Notes: generated by a model not told the origin, from the sequence alone. DNA of 64,000 nt from Oikopleura dioica (GCA_907165135.1 OU015569.1:6696001-6760000); one strand, 5' to 3'. Shown: positions 12,202 to 25,535, numbered from the stretch's first letter. Numbers and translations: made by a program.

Positions 12202-12497
12202 CACGTTACCTTCTCGGTGCAAAAAATGGTTTCTCTAGAAAAAAAAAGGTTTTACGGTTCGGATGTGTCGGGGCGCTGGAGCGCACGCGGCGTTACGGAA
12301 AGTGCGACACACAAATTTCATCAAAATAACGTTAAGATCGTTCTTAATTGTCATTTTTCGCGATTAGCTTAAAAGTTCCATCCGCAGCAAGCGGACGCCA
12401 AGTTTAGTAAATATCTGTTATAGAACGTAACTAAAGCAATAATCTCCGATCGCGAAAAGGTCATCTGGAACATTTGAACGTGTCCTTTCCACAAAAA

Positions 12498-14840
12498 ATG
12501 CCAAGTTCCAAGAGTCTTGAAGCCAAACTGAGAACTGCAGAAATCATCATTTTGCTAAACAATCGATCTTTGCTTGATTGTGGGAACGTGTCTAAGGCTC
12601 GAATTCATTAAATTGAAGATCTCATTTTGCGCTGTTATTTGTAAACTGCTGGCGTAATTTTTGGAAATTCGCGGCGGCGATTTATTATTCGAGATATTGC
12701 GCCAGGCGTTATTAATAAAATGCGTGCATTCAGTTTATATTGCCTTCTACAACTGCGAGCAGATCATCAGCTGACTCAAACGCAGCTTATCCTAACTTAT
12801 CACAATCAGTTGACAGTGGCCCTAAAAAGTGCAGCAGTAATCCCAAACGTAGTGAGCACAAAAAAGCCCAAAAAGGGAGTTACTCGAACTATTTTCAGAA
12901 GCCAAAATGCCTAGATACCGAATAACGACAGAGCTTTCTGACGAAGAAATAGAGCCTTATGTCCCGAAACCAATAAAGAAGAAATCTGATGAAGAAAGAT
13001 TCGGCGAGCAGACAATTCCGGGTCTTGGGCTCTATACGATTCCCAAAATGCGGTTAGTTTGAACACCCTGCATGAATAAGTCATTCCGATAACTAGTTTT
13101 ACTGAACAAAAGCCTTACCGCAGAAATAACGCGGAAGCACAAAAAATATTGCCATTGTTAAATTCTGAAAGTCACTTTAGCACTGATGAAGAACGTGCAA
13201 AAATGATGGAAGAAGATGAAGAGATTGCTGCACATGTTCCGCTGTCGTCTAGAAAGTGGTACCGTGATTCACTGGCAACCGCGGACCTCTGTTTGGTGGA
13301 ACCAGCTAGTTTAGCTGATCCGAACGCCTCGCGCGGTAAAGTCTCGAACCACAGAGAACACTAAAATACGCTGTCTTTCAGTGACCCCCCGCCGCTCCCG
13401 TATTCATCATGTTGACTACGACCAATTACAGGAATCAGTTTCTCATAAGAATATTTCGTTTCGCAATAGTCTCAATTTCTATCTTTTCCAATGGAAACCC
13501 TTCTCGAGGTTAACTACGAGCCAGCTAAGCCATCAAAATCATTATATGGATTTTCAAAAGGTCGAAGTGTAGAAGACTCTTTAAAAGAAATCAGGTATTA
13601 GTAATAAATATTACTAGTTAGGTAATAGTAATACCGTATTACTCCATCATTTATATTCTAATTTTTGCTCTTCAGATGTTTGAATTTAATTTTTAGAGAG
13701 GAAAAAGCGGCAATAAAAGCAGCAAAAAGCGAACGCTTACGAAGAGAGTGGATCGGAACCGCACCGAAAGCAAAGCTGGGAGCCCCGTCCGAGAAAGATG
13801 CCTGTCTGTACTCGATAAATGACTACTTAGGTGACAAATTCAAGTGAGTTTTTGGCTGGAATGATCATGATCCTAGAGGTACAAAAGGCACAAGAAGCCA
13901 AAATGGAAGCCAGAGAAGAAGAAGAGCTGTTTCATCACAAGCCATTCAAAACTGCGAAACAAATACGAGCAGAAAAGTACGGAGTAGATGAAGATGAAGA
14001 AGGGCAGGGTCAGCATATGTATAACTATCTATAACTCTATTGGTTTTCGGGTTTTAGCTGTTAACCCGCGGTAGAAATTCTAAACGCAAAGATAAATGTG
14101 CCGCGGCGAAAGCAGCACGAGATCGGCACCTCTGTCGATGAGCTATTCGACCGACACAAGGTAAGCAATTAGAGTCATTAAAATAAGAGCAATATTGAAT
14201 ATCCATCGCGTAAATGGTCGATCGAGTGGTGAAATGTATATGTTCGTGTGTGTTTGTTCGACGGGGCGAAGGCAATAACGGCGAATCGTATTCATGCGTT
14301 ATTTAGTCCCTTGTGACATCAGTGCTCGATCGACGTACAGAAAAGATTCGACGTGCCAGAGCGGTGCGCAAAGAAGGCGAGGAAGAAATTGAAGACCTAT
14401 TGAATGTTAATGTGCGAAGCCCAAAATGGCTGGCCCAAGCATCATCGCCCTCTGGGAACCGGGATATGCCAATAAAATACCGTAAATAACGCCGCAAAAA
14501 GTAACTCGGTCAAAGATTATACGAGGATCAATTCAAGAAGCGACTCCCGCTCAAGCTAGACACTCTCGAAGATCTGCTCAATTACAAGTAGCCGCTCTAT
14601 TCAAAATCTCAATAATTTACTCCAATCAATGAAGTTATTCAATAGCAACAGATATTTTAAGTCCGCATGGTCAAATCGAAACGACGACTGCAGAAGAAGA
14701 CGCGGAAGCCCTGAAAAAACTAGCGCCTAAAGAATACAAGGAAATCGAGTTTTTGAGGTTCATATTGATGGATTTGATTGACAAACAGAAAGAACTCGTA
14801 AAAGACATTCGAAAATCCAAACTTCCTACGCTCTAGCTTC
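12498..14840 (+). CDS. Multi-exon hypothetical protein(s), charged/coiled-coil rich, no recognisable domain
   Basis: Series of same-strand open segments (e.g. 13149-13364, 13665-13847, 13831-14034) separated by short AT-rich GT-AG intervals. Confidence 0.4.
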
Positions 14841-15891
14841 AAGCACCTCTATTCCGATCCAATGGCAAATCTGAATGATGACAAGTACAAGAAGCTTATG
14901 AAGGATGTAACTTTCACAACAGCCCAGGTAAGAGAGTTCGGACGGTGCGGTAACAGTATCCTCAAACGTGTTAAATTTAGTTCCCGCCATCTCGCTTAAT
15001 GGCCGACGAAGATGAATGAAATCAAGCTCGTTTTTCCTTCAAATTGACATAGAAGATTTCGGGTCCAATTATAGCCGGCCTGATATATTTTTTCATATAT
15101 GTAGTTAAAGAAATAAAGTTAGAAGAAGAACGCATGTGTCACGTCTTTGTAAACTCATTCTGGTAATTCAAAAGGCAGATTAGCTCGTCAAACATCTCCG
15201 TTTACAGGTGTCTTCATATAATCTAGGGGATGGGTTAAGCTGCGTGCCCAAAGGCGGCTCGAGATCTCAGGCGTTATTGATTTCAGTGCAAGAGCTCAAC
15301 TGTGCAAACCGAGACAAAATCGATACTCTCAACACCTCGAGACCCCCTCAGGGCAAAACTGATCCCCCTCTCGGCCATTTACCATTTACGATGAGGCACA
15401 AATTATACCGAGGGAGAGTGCTAGAGAAAATCTCCCTTTTCAGGAACAGAGCGCGTCTATGAAATTGGCGTGAGCCCGATGATATCCGAGTGTATATAAT
15501 TTAGCGCTCGAGGCGATCGGTTGAATGGAACCCACTCGCTAATGAGGTACCCGTCGCAAATGTGCCCTACAGTGCGCCCAACTCTCTGCGCACAGGGGCC
15601 GAGCACAGTATTGAAAGAAATCGTGACTCGCAGCATCCCCTTTAAATGATCCAAACAATGGCTTTTTCTGGTTCCTTGAAGTCAACTTTACGACACACAA
15701 AAAGAGACTTACAAATGGTTGACAAGAAGTGGCGAATATTGCGAGAAATAGAGAATTTTCGAAGAAAGAGGATAGCTGCACTCTTTTATGTTTTCGTCGG
15801 ATAAATATAAATTGTTGGAAATTTAAGATTGTGATACTTATGTTGGCACTGCGATGCAATTCCAGTCACGGGGATTGCTTCTGGACCTTAG

Positions 15892-18800
15892 CGGAGCAAA
15901 GATGAAGGTGGGGTCACAAGAAGAGATTTTAATAATACTTCAACTAAAGAGAAAAAAATAACTGAGAGAGACCCTTTCAAGACACGGCCTCGTGCGCGAT
16001 ATAATAGCCAGCGTCGAGCTTCGTTAGGCGCAATTTATAAGGAATACGATGTTGACTCACCTCAGGTATGATATCTGGCTTGATGATCTCCGGGGATTTA
16101 TTTTGAGTTTTTCGCTTTTCTCATTTCCAACGTCTTAGAGAACTTGTTAGATATGCAACGAATAAGTTCTTGCTATTAATGATACTCGTAAAGATTTTGC
16201 GATTTTCTTGAAAATTAATTTAAAATTTCAGGAATCCTCTGTGCATATACCAGCGGAACTGGTTGAAGCAGCGCGAGGTCCGCGCGGTTTCACCCACCGG
16301 CGAACCTCTTTGCCGGCTGTTCTGCAGCCTCCCAGTCTGATCACGATGAGCCAGCGACATTTCAAGGTTCGGAAGTGCGCTCTTTCTTTTCTCAGATTTG
16401 TATTCAATAAGGAAATCAACGAGATCATCGACGACCTTTTAAAACTTGCGCCAACTTTCAGTCAACCAGTGTTGCTCAGTATAAAGAAAGTCAAAAAAAT
16501 CATGGTCAGTTAAAGTGAGCGAGCTAGCGATGATCGGAATTTAGAGACCTTACGAGAGAAATCTTGAGATGGCGACAAATGACTGCCAAGCAGACAGGTG
16601 AGATAAATTGTGGCCCACGATCAAGGCTAACCTCGTTGACCTCAGTGAAAACAGTGAAGTCGAGCTTGAGAGTAGTTGGAAGACACTGACGAAGAGACAA
16701 GACAGCCGTATTTCGGCGAATTTAAGGGACTTCAACGAGCCTTCCCGAACACTGCCCAAACGCAGTCGTCCAAATGCTGGAAACTCGCTGGAACGTCTTG
16801 TTGAGAAAGGTTAGTCTTGACTTTGAAAGAAGGTATTCCTGAATCCTTGCTGCCCTTGATCGAAAGTTTGAGAGGTAAAAGGAGGTCTCGTGACGGTAAT
16901 TATTCTGGGCGATTGGTTTTGGCGTTTTGAAGTAGCCGGGCGAGTTTTCGTTGAATCGACCTGTGCCTAGAGAATCTTTTTGAGACATTAACTTGTTGTT
17001 CATTTTTAGATTCAACCAGTGTTTTCCACAGTAAGCTACTGCCGCTCTCGATACGGGGCTCACTTGGCACTTCTGACTATGAAACTGACACCACCACAGC
17101 TGCTGAAGCCAATTTTCACGACTACATAAGCAACAACAATCAAGCCCAAAGCAAGTCGACCTCTTATCTCCTCCACTCGCAGACACAGAACAGGCCCATC
17201 ACGAGCCAAGGCAACTTCGACTCAATAAAAAGGAAATCAAGTGCCACATCTTGTATTTTCCCGAATAATGCTCGTCATAAGTCCCCTTGAGAATCACTCG
17301 CCAATAAATATTTATTGAGCACGATAGTAGCTCGGCTGTAATCATTTTTCCTCCCAAAGTGCCGATTTCCAATAAGCTTTCTTATTAGTGAGGCTGCCAT
17401 GCTCTCATCAAAAAGTGTCTCAGAAAAGAGATTCCATTGTTATAATCTAGTTGGCACCTTGAGCACACAGTAATGCGCAATACAAAGATATGTCCTCATC
17501 GCCACCTCCTGTGACTGGTCTCGCCAGATCCGCCTCTCGCAGCCATTTTGAGCAGCTCGAACAATCCAGAGAAACACGCACGTCGACTACTTCGTCCTCG
17601 CATTCTAGCGCCGAAAAATCAGGAACGTTTCCTTAATGCCTGTCCTAGGTTTTCATCAGCTCCTCTGTGCGCCTAGATTATCACTCGATCATATCCAGGG
17701 CGTCGATATCGCCTCCCAAGAAATGAGAGTCAAAGCGTGCCCAACTGCCAAGCTTAGGTGCGGCAATGGCTGCAAAGAAGCATAGAACTTTTCATGATAG
17801 AGCCACTTAGAGAAACGGACGAAGGCGCGTCAGAGTGCGACACAGCACTGGACGAGGTACTCGCTCACTGTTTTGAATGGAATTTCCCGATTTTCGAGCT
17901 GCGGGCACTCACCCATGAGGTCCTGTCACGTCTTGCCTATAGATTCTTCGATCTAGCAAAGCTATTTTCACACTATAAGCTTCCTCGCGAGAAATTTCTG
18001 GCTTATTTCAGGTAAGTGCTATTAGACACGCTCGCTTGTCAATTTTTAGCCCGATGTATAATCTTGTATATAAGGCGGCGAGAATTGCATTTAGAGCAAG
18101 TGAAATATTATTTTCCTAGAGCACTTGAGTCTGGATACCGAAACTGTGCATACCATAATTCAGTCCATGCCGCCGACGTACTTCAAAGCGTGTTTTACAT
18201 AATCAACGTTCCCAACAAAGAAACTGGAAGGTAGCTTGATACTAGCGTTCACATCAAATGACTTTTTAGGTGTTTAAAAGACCAACTGGACGAAAAGGAC
18301 GTACTCTCTATATTTCTTGCCGCCGCGGTGCACGACTACGACCACCCGGGCTATACGAACAATTTCCTCATTCAAACCCGCCATTCGCTTGCTATTCTTT
18401 ACAATGACCGTTCGGTGTTGGAGAACCACCACGTGGCCGCCGCTTGGAAGCTGCTCATCTCCGACCCGAAGCTCAATTTCCTCGCCAACCTCGACCCGAC
18501 CCTATCCTCAACCATCCGCGACAATACTATAGAGCTCGTTCTTTCGACCGACATGGCCCAGCATACCTACTACCTTTCTCAGTGGAAAGAGCTCTTTGCT
18601 CACACATCAAAGATCGATCTTACAGACAAGCACAAGAAGTTGCTCATGCTAAAGATGATCATTAAATTCTCGGATATTTCTAACCCCTCCAAGGAGTACA
18701 AAAATCACGTCGAGTGGAGCCACCGCGTCACCAAAGAATTCTATAGACAAGGAGACGAGGAAAAGTAATAATAGTAACCATATCGCCACTAACGAAAACC

Positions 18801-19131
18801 ATTCAGAGCTCATAAGCTGCCCATTACACGCTTCATGGACCGATCCGATCCAGACATGATCGGTAACCAACGAGCATTTATCACAAACATGGTCAAACCC
18901 TGCTACGAGGCGCTATCATTGAACAACTTCATTATCGACAGGCACTCAATAATTGGACGACAGCTGGAAGTCAACTTGCGCATGTGGAAGCAGACCGTTG
19001 TCGACGCATCGGGAGACACAATTTATCCTGACTTAGAAAAAATTGAAAATCAAATTGAAAAAGAACTTGAACCCAGTGAAGGGGCACAATTATTAGGTGA
19101 GCAACTAGGTAGCTCCTTTGGATCAACTTAG
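15892..19131 (+). CDS. PDE3: cGMP-inhibited 3',5'-cyclic nucleotide phosphodiesterase, PDE3 family; 5' exons probably upstream of 15892
   Basis: RRASL and RRTSLP phospho-motifs; EWNFPIFEL..LSRLAYRFF..ALESGYRNCAYHNSVHAADVL; HDYDHPGYTNNFL; LYNDRSVLENHH; IKFSDISNPSK; EFYRQGDEE. Confidence 0.88.
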
Positions 19132-19799
19132 TTCAGTAAACATTGATCCTCAAAGCCAAATGCAGACTGTAGAAGTTCTACCGGCGGAGCCAGTCGAACG
19201 TTCATTATCTGCGAGTTCCTGCTGCGGCTCAATACTCTCCTTGCTCAGAAGAAATACTGGGCGCAACGCACGTTACAGCAGCAATAACTGAGCAATACTT
19301 AATCTACAGTGAGTAACAACCGAAAAATTAATCCAACGAACATGAACAAAAAGTCACTGTCTGGCGGACCGTCTGACTGTCATCCTTTACATAAGCGTCA
19401 ACACGAAACCTCAGCGAGAATGGATATATTTATATACGTATATCAAAAGAATTATGTTAATATTATGACTTATTCACACTCACTTGTCACCCTCCTTTCC
19501 GTTTCGATGCTCAACATCTTGTAAAGTTCTTATGCAGGAAATAAAACAGCAGAAATGAGGAATTCTTCTTTGATTCATTTTTATTGAGTTCGTTTTCTAT
19601 CTTTGGCAATTTAAAGAGCAATAATAATAACAGTCGGCGCGAGTGATATTTCGATGCAAATTTATCTTTCATTTGCAAATAACCTTTTGAGATGTTGTCA
19701 CAGTTAAGAAACATTTCAAAGGTTTCTTGGAAGACGATAATTACTTGAGCGACAAAAAAATTTAAATAGTACTAGCATTTTAAAAGCCGGCCCAGCACA

Positions 19800-20858
19800 T
19801 CACACGTTTAGAAAGGAAATTAATAAAGAAAGTAATAGTAATAAAAAAGATATGCTAGGCAACGGAGAAGAGTTGAGCAAGCCACGCGTCTTGTTTTGAT
19901 CGAACTCGCGAATTTTCAGATCCATTTCGTACATCCATTCTTTCCGCAGTTTTCCTTTGTACGCAACATCGTCTCGGTTGCAATTGTTTTCGTCACAACT
20001 TCAAAAACGGGCATATAAAATTCATAAACAACATACCAGTAAACACGGCTGAATGTTTGCTTCGAGATGTCAATGTGATGGATTTCTTTCATGCCCATTG
20101 ACTTCATGTCGTAATTACTGTCGTCTACGTTGTGTTTCTTCGTTTTTCCTTTGCACTGATGAGGATTTATTTCTTGCACTTAGAAGTCACTCTACAAAAA
20201 AGGTGATAAATCCGTTTCATTGAGGGGAATTCTTCAACAGTTATATGCTGCATGTCTAGCTCGTCTTGTGCTGCTTCATTGACGGCGGATTTCTGTAGCT
20301 CTATAAAAAGATTAATCCAATTAAGCGTCTCGCGCAGCATACCAAGTTCTTCCTCCATCCGTCTCGTGTGATTAACAGCGCATCCGGCAAAGTAAAACGT
20401 TGACTTAACGCACTTAGCTTTGTCGTCAAGACTTGCGCCTGCGGTTTTGTTAGATTTAACACAATCCTGCCTCGCTTCATCGTTCACCATGTGTCGATGA
20501 TAGTACTCCACGTGAAAGCAACTCCCTGCGAGCACCTGAAATCGACACAAGTTACACATTGTTCAAATCATGCTTCCAATTTTACCTTACAATAGGTCTC
20601 CCCTGTTTTGGCGTCGTAATCGCGGAACGGGGCAGTTGGACTTTTAATTTCGTGCTTGCTAGAAATGTGGAAAAGGAAGCTCCAAAAAGCAACACCTTAC
20701 TAGGGATAAATGCACCTATCCTCGCCGCCAAACATGACGGACATATTTTCCGCAACAGTGGACACCCGAGTGTTGCATTTGCAGCGAATGTACTCGCTTT
20801 CGTCGTAATTTTTTATGGCATTTGCTGCTCCGATCAAGAACACTACAGACAGGACCAT
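19800..20858 (-). CDS. GPI-anchored three-finger-fold protein (Ly6/uPAR or TGF-beta receptor ectodomain-like) with long loop insertions
   Basis: Hand-spliced model: signal MVLSVVFLIGAANA; IRCKCN; YCK|VLAGSCF; FAGCA; HQCK; VYC|CDENNCN; hydrophobic C-terminus NSSPLPSISFLLLLLSLLISFLNV* with no cytoplasmic tail. Confidence 0.75.
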
Positions 20859-21873
20859 TGTTTAGAGTCGGCCTTTTGTCGTTGTTGTTTTCAGTGGTTT
20901 TGAGTTCTCTATGTTACATAGACTGTGCAGTGCGCTGGGCGAGTTTCTCTAAACAAAAAGATTTTTGTAAACAGCCGCGAAGCGTGAATCTCGTAAGCCG
21001 AGTGCCATGCATGAAACCGCTTATCAATTATTTCAGCGATGCATTGAACACGGAATGAATAGTGAAAGGCCACCCTGGCGTCCACGAGAGAGCGACTGAA
21101 TCTCTGCTCGGTCGATTTTTATATGTACATGTGGCCTTTAAAATTAAACCTTGTCAAGCATTAATTGAGACTCGTCCTAGCACACTGTCGAAACATTATC
21201 TGATCAGTATTGATTGGCAATTACTTCTTTAGAAATTCGAAATTCCTTTACCTGCTAGTAAAAAGGGAAATGCATGTTTCTCTTTTGAATGCTGACGCGT
21301 GGAATAACGAAAATTCACTACGGCGTTCACACTCGTCGTAAAGCTCGAGCAGACCAAGTCGTAAAAATCAAAGGGCGGAATACCTACCTTAATTATTCAC
21401 AATTTAAGCCACTGAACCCACTTAGGAAACCAAGGCATCGTGGATTAGCCCCCTTTGGAACGAAACTTGCAGCAGAAAAGCCACGAGCTGTTCTGCTTAA
21501 TTCGGATTCCATGAAGCCGCCAAGATTTGTCTACTTTCATCCAATTTAAAAATTCATGGGTTCAACCATGCCAACGAAATACCATTCCGATCCAGTATTT
21601 GCCATAAATCATGATCTGCATTGGAAAATTCTGAGTCAAAATTTAGCGCCCCGTTCTAGGGAGAACTTTACGATTCTATCGCGAAAGAGGGCCCGAAGGC
21701 ACTCTACTATGACCGCTTTGCGTGCGTCATAGTTAATCAAATACGTGATCAGCAATTTGAAAAGAACAAAAATAAAATAAATTCTCTACCATTGTTCCTC
21801 CCTAGTCCTTCCGTGGTCAACTATGCAGAGAAATTTTTAATCCATCGAGAAAGGAGAAAGAATTAAGAAAAGC

Positions 21874-24548
21874 ATGCTGAGCAAGAGAAGTCTCGCGTTG
21901 ACGTCGATCTGCTACAATCTCTGTGCGATTCTAGCCACTCTTCTCGTGGATATTATTGCGCCAGGGCCCTTTGCTTCGTGGTCGGAAATCATCATTTTGT
22001 TTATTAAATACCTTTGTCTAAGCAAAGTTGAGATAGTCTTCCTGTTCGACCTGTGGCGGACAACGGCTATGTTGGGTTTATTCTGACACGTGCTGTTCTG
22101 TCTTCGGCAAAACACAGGATCGTGAAATTATCTCTTGCTGTTTTAGAATCTTGAAAAAGTCGATAAATTAATTGTGAGGCGCGCACTTGTCGGCTGTTGT
22201 TAATTTTGTGATTTCGAGTTCAGACCTTTTTCCCGTCGAAATCTGAATATACGACCATCGATCCCTAAATCAGACCTTCTTACCTCATTAACTCTGCTAC
22301 AAGAGAGGGACAACAATTTGTCCTCCAGAGGTAATCAATCAAAATTCTAAAAACATATATTGGACGCGACCGCAAGGAGACCTTATTGACCTTGTCTACC
22401 TTAATTTACGCAATACATGCAATCAAAGAGCGAGGGATTGAAAACCAAACTGATTTCCTTGAACTTATTTAGCGTTTACGGCAGCAGAAACATAGCCTGG
22501 CCCTGGTTTATTCGGTACGCGACGGATTACAGCTACAACTGGCCGATTTGGCATGTCCTTCACTTGTACGATTACGGACAGCGCATCGTATTTATGTCGT
22601 TTCTCCTCAATCTACTTCTTACAGGAAGAGTGTCTTAGAAAATACTCGTTTGATCGTTGAGTAGAATTCTATAAGACTCAAAAAAGCTGGAGCTGTTGCT
22701 GCCTTCGCCGGTGTGAGTAGACGGGCACTTCATTCCGTCGTCGTGGCAGACTTATCGACTGTCCTGTTTTTTCTCGCGACTCCATTATGGACCATTGATC
22801 CACTGAGTCCTTTTCCGCTGGCCTCGTTTCTCGCCATTTTTGGCTTTTATTTGTATGAAGGCGGAAGTGCACAGGTTCGTCATTTCCATCTCCCAATAAG
22901 AATGATAGATGATTTCAAAAAACTTTTTGTGGGGCCGGAAATCGTAAAAAAAGTGCGAGTGCAGTTTTGTCAAACTCGTCGAGACGAGTCGAATGATGTG
23001 TCTAACTCCTGATAATTCGGAGGATTGACCGGTTTACCGGCTGGTTACCGGAAAATACGTTGTCACCGGCCGTTTTTGTTCTAGAAGTGATAGACTAATG
23101 TTTGACACCGGAAATTGTTCCTTATAGTCAGTTCTCCTGCAGGCTAAAAGATGAAGGTTTTATCAATACTCTGAAGAGAGTTATCACTAAAAAAAGTAAT
23201 TTTTACTAAAATTTTGTTGTTGCTGCACGTTCCTAATTTCTAGTCCCATTTTCGCCAAAAATAGTATTTTAGTGATAACTCTCTTCAGAGTATTGATAAA
23301 ACCTTCATCTTTTAGCCTGCAGGAGAATTGACTATAAGGAACAATTTCCGGTGTCAAACATTAGTCTATCACTTCTAGAACAAAAACGGCCGGTGACAAC
23401 GTATTTTCCGGTAACCAAACGGTAAACCGGTCAATGCTTAGAATTATCAGGAGTTAGACACATCATTCGACTCGTCTCGACGAGCTGAAGAAAACTGCAC
23501 TTGCAGTTTTTTTACGATTTCCGGCCCCACAAAAAGTTTTTTGAAATCATCATAGTAACATCAAATCAAGTTTGCTGGTGCCTTTTTAATATCTATCTCG
23601 GCGATCTGTCCCGGTGCGTTTATGCACGGAACGTGTGCGATTCTCTCCTTCGCGAAAAATGTGCTCAATTTCATCACAAGCACTTGGAGTGATTTTTGGA
23701 AACGGAGTTGGTCTTCGCGCGTGTTCGTCGCGCTGCCGAAGGCAACAATCTACGTTTACTGGATTCTTTTCCAGTCAGGAATGGCGCTGATAGGATATGG
23801 CACCTTTTCCGTCATATTTTTCTTCCTCAACAGAGTTGGAAGAACTGATAATATGGTTGGCGATTCAACCTACAACTTTAAAAGTCTCAACGGGCGAGCG
23901 GCGAAGCTGACTGAGTATGCCAAGCTGCCCATTCAGTACCTTACCGTCTCGCAATTTGGCAAAGCGGAGACAATAACTGACCAGTAAGTTCTCAGTGCAA
24001 GTACTTATTATCACTTTCGTTAGTCATTCACTGTGGTCCAAAGTGTACAGAAACTTATTATTTCTCGTCCTTTGTCCACTTATCGTCTCTGTTGGGAAGA
24101 TATTTCTGGGCAGCTTCCGGGCAACTATTAAACGAAAAAGCAAACTCGTCTATGCCTTCAGAAGACCAGAGAAGCGATTTTGGCGATTTATTCCTCATGC
24201 GCTTATATTTTTCGGCACAGTTCTTCACACTTTATCTCATCGGCACTGTTACGGCTTGAAATATCTAGGTTATTCTTGTGCTTTATGAGACTTATGAGCA
24301 GTTATTTCTAAGCCAGAAAAAGTACAGATGCTCTTTTGCTTTTATCCTGCAATCCGATAGTCTTCTGGTCCGCTGCGCTGCTGCTCCGTAAGAAAATTAG
24401 AATAACAGTAGAAATGCTAAGGACATCAAAAGCCTCCTCCTTTATTTCCGAGCTTTACCGTCATAACAGTTCAAAAACCGCTCTCATGGGTTCTGCATTT
24501 ATCCTTCAGCCTGTTTTTATAGTATTACGCACTGTATTTCGTGTATAA
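21874..24548 (+). CDS. Multi-pass GT-C-type membrane glycosyltransferase, most like GPI mannosyltransferase 2 (PIGV), divergent
   Basis: Many hydrophobic exons; ASFLAIFGFYLYEGG and LLSCNPIVFWSAALLL resemble PIGV segments (ALLTFSAMGQLERG, SSTPIMYWFPAHLL) from memory; an intron carries the 22908-23551 MITE. Confidence 0.45.
22908..23551. mobile_element. Long-arm palindromic MITE (~285-bp arms) with ATA target duplication, intronic
   Basis: ATA|GATGATTTCAAAAAACTTTTTGTGGGGCCGG ... CCGGCCCCACAAAAAGTTTTTTGAAATCATC|ATA; arms near-identical with a few mismatch clusters; ~75-bp unique loop. Confidence 0.9.
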
Positions 24549-24813
24549 GATCATAATTAAGAACTGCCAATAAATACTGTAAGTCGATGAAGAGAAATAC
24601 CTTTGTATTTGTTGATGTTTTATTGATATGTATCTTTGAAATTTTGGGGGAGCATGTTATCAATCGGAATAAAACTAGTGAATCAATTAGTGAATCAATG
24701 AAACGCATATGTATCTATATCTGTCGTACGTTTTGTCGCCGTTGAACAAATTTGAAAGGATTTGTAGAATTAAAATTGAAGTACTAAAGTGAAAAGAAGT
24801 ATTTTGAGTAGAG

Positions 24814-25535
24814 TCATTCAGGAATCTCAAGGATTTGCGCCAGCTTTTCCATCTCTTTTTTCAGCTTTTGGAGATGGGTCTTGGTGCGATTGAAGAATCG
24901 TTCTTGCTTTCCAACTTCGCTCATTTTCTTATCGTAGTATGTTTTTCGGCTATCTTCAAGGACTTTGATGGGGTGAGCAATAAATTATGCCGTCAAGAAT
25001 ACCGATAGACTTCTGTCACCCCTGATGGCCTTTTTGCACGCTGTTGCCTCCTATCTTACAGCATTTCCCAGCGACAAGTTGTTGAAATGTAAGCTGTGAG
25101 TTACAGTTTCCTCCCGGGCATGTAAAAAGCGCGGTTGTTCGATATCGTGGGCCCAAAAGCATCCTTTGCTCGTAAACAGAGGCACAGATATGGCAATATG
25201 CGCTGTCTTCGTCTCCGAACATGATTTCTGTGAACCTAGAAGTCTTAGTTAAAAGTGCTTGAAATATATTCTTACATGTCACAGTCCTTGCCGTCGACTT
25301 TTCTTCGACAACCCTTGGGGAGCGGGTCTTGCCATGGAACGAGGTGGGCGCAATGAAGTGATTCTATTGGCATTGAAAAACTCTCTTTTCTCTCTTCACT
25401 AAACGCTGAATAACACGGTGTATCTGATTGTGGGTTTGGCTGTTTGACCCGTGCCCCTTTGAATTTTCTCTGGTATTCCTTCTCGCCTTTGTTTAGAAAT
25501 GATTTATCAGGCTCGATAGTGATTTTTTTCGACAT
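24814..25535 (-). CDS. Hypothetical Cys/His-rich protein with a coiled-coil C-terminus
   Basis: ORFs 25272-25535 and 25016-25282 plus terminal exon KTYYDKKMSEVGKQERFFNRTKTHLQKLKKEMEKLAQILEIPE*. Confidence 0.45.

Noticed and set aside
15457-15859. Minus-strand ORFs 15539-15859 and 15457-15654 as an independent gene
   Set aside because: No motif; the region lies just 5' of a plus-strand PDE3 exon that lacks a start codon, so it more likely holds PDE3 5' exons
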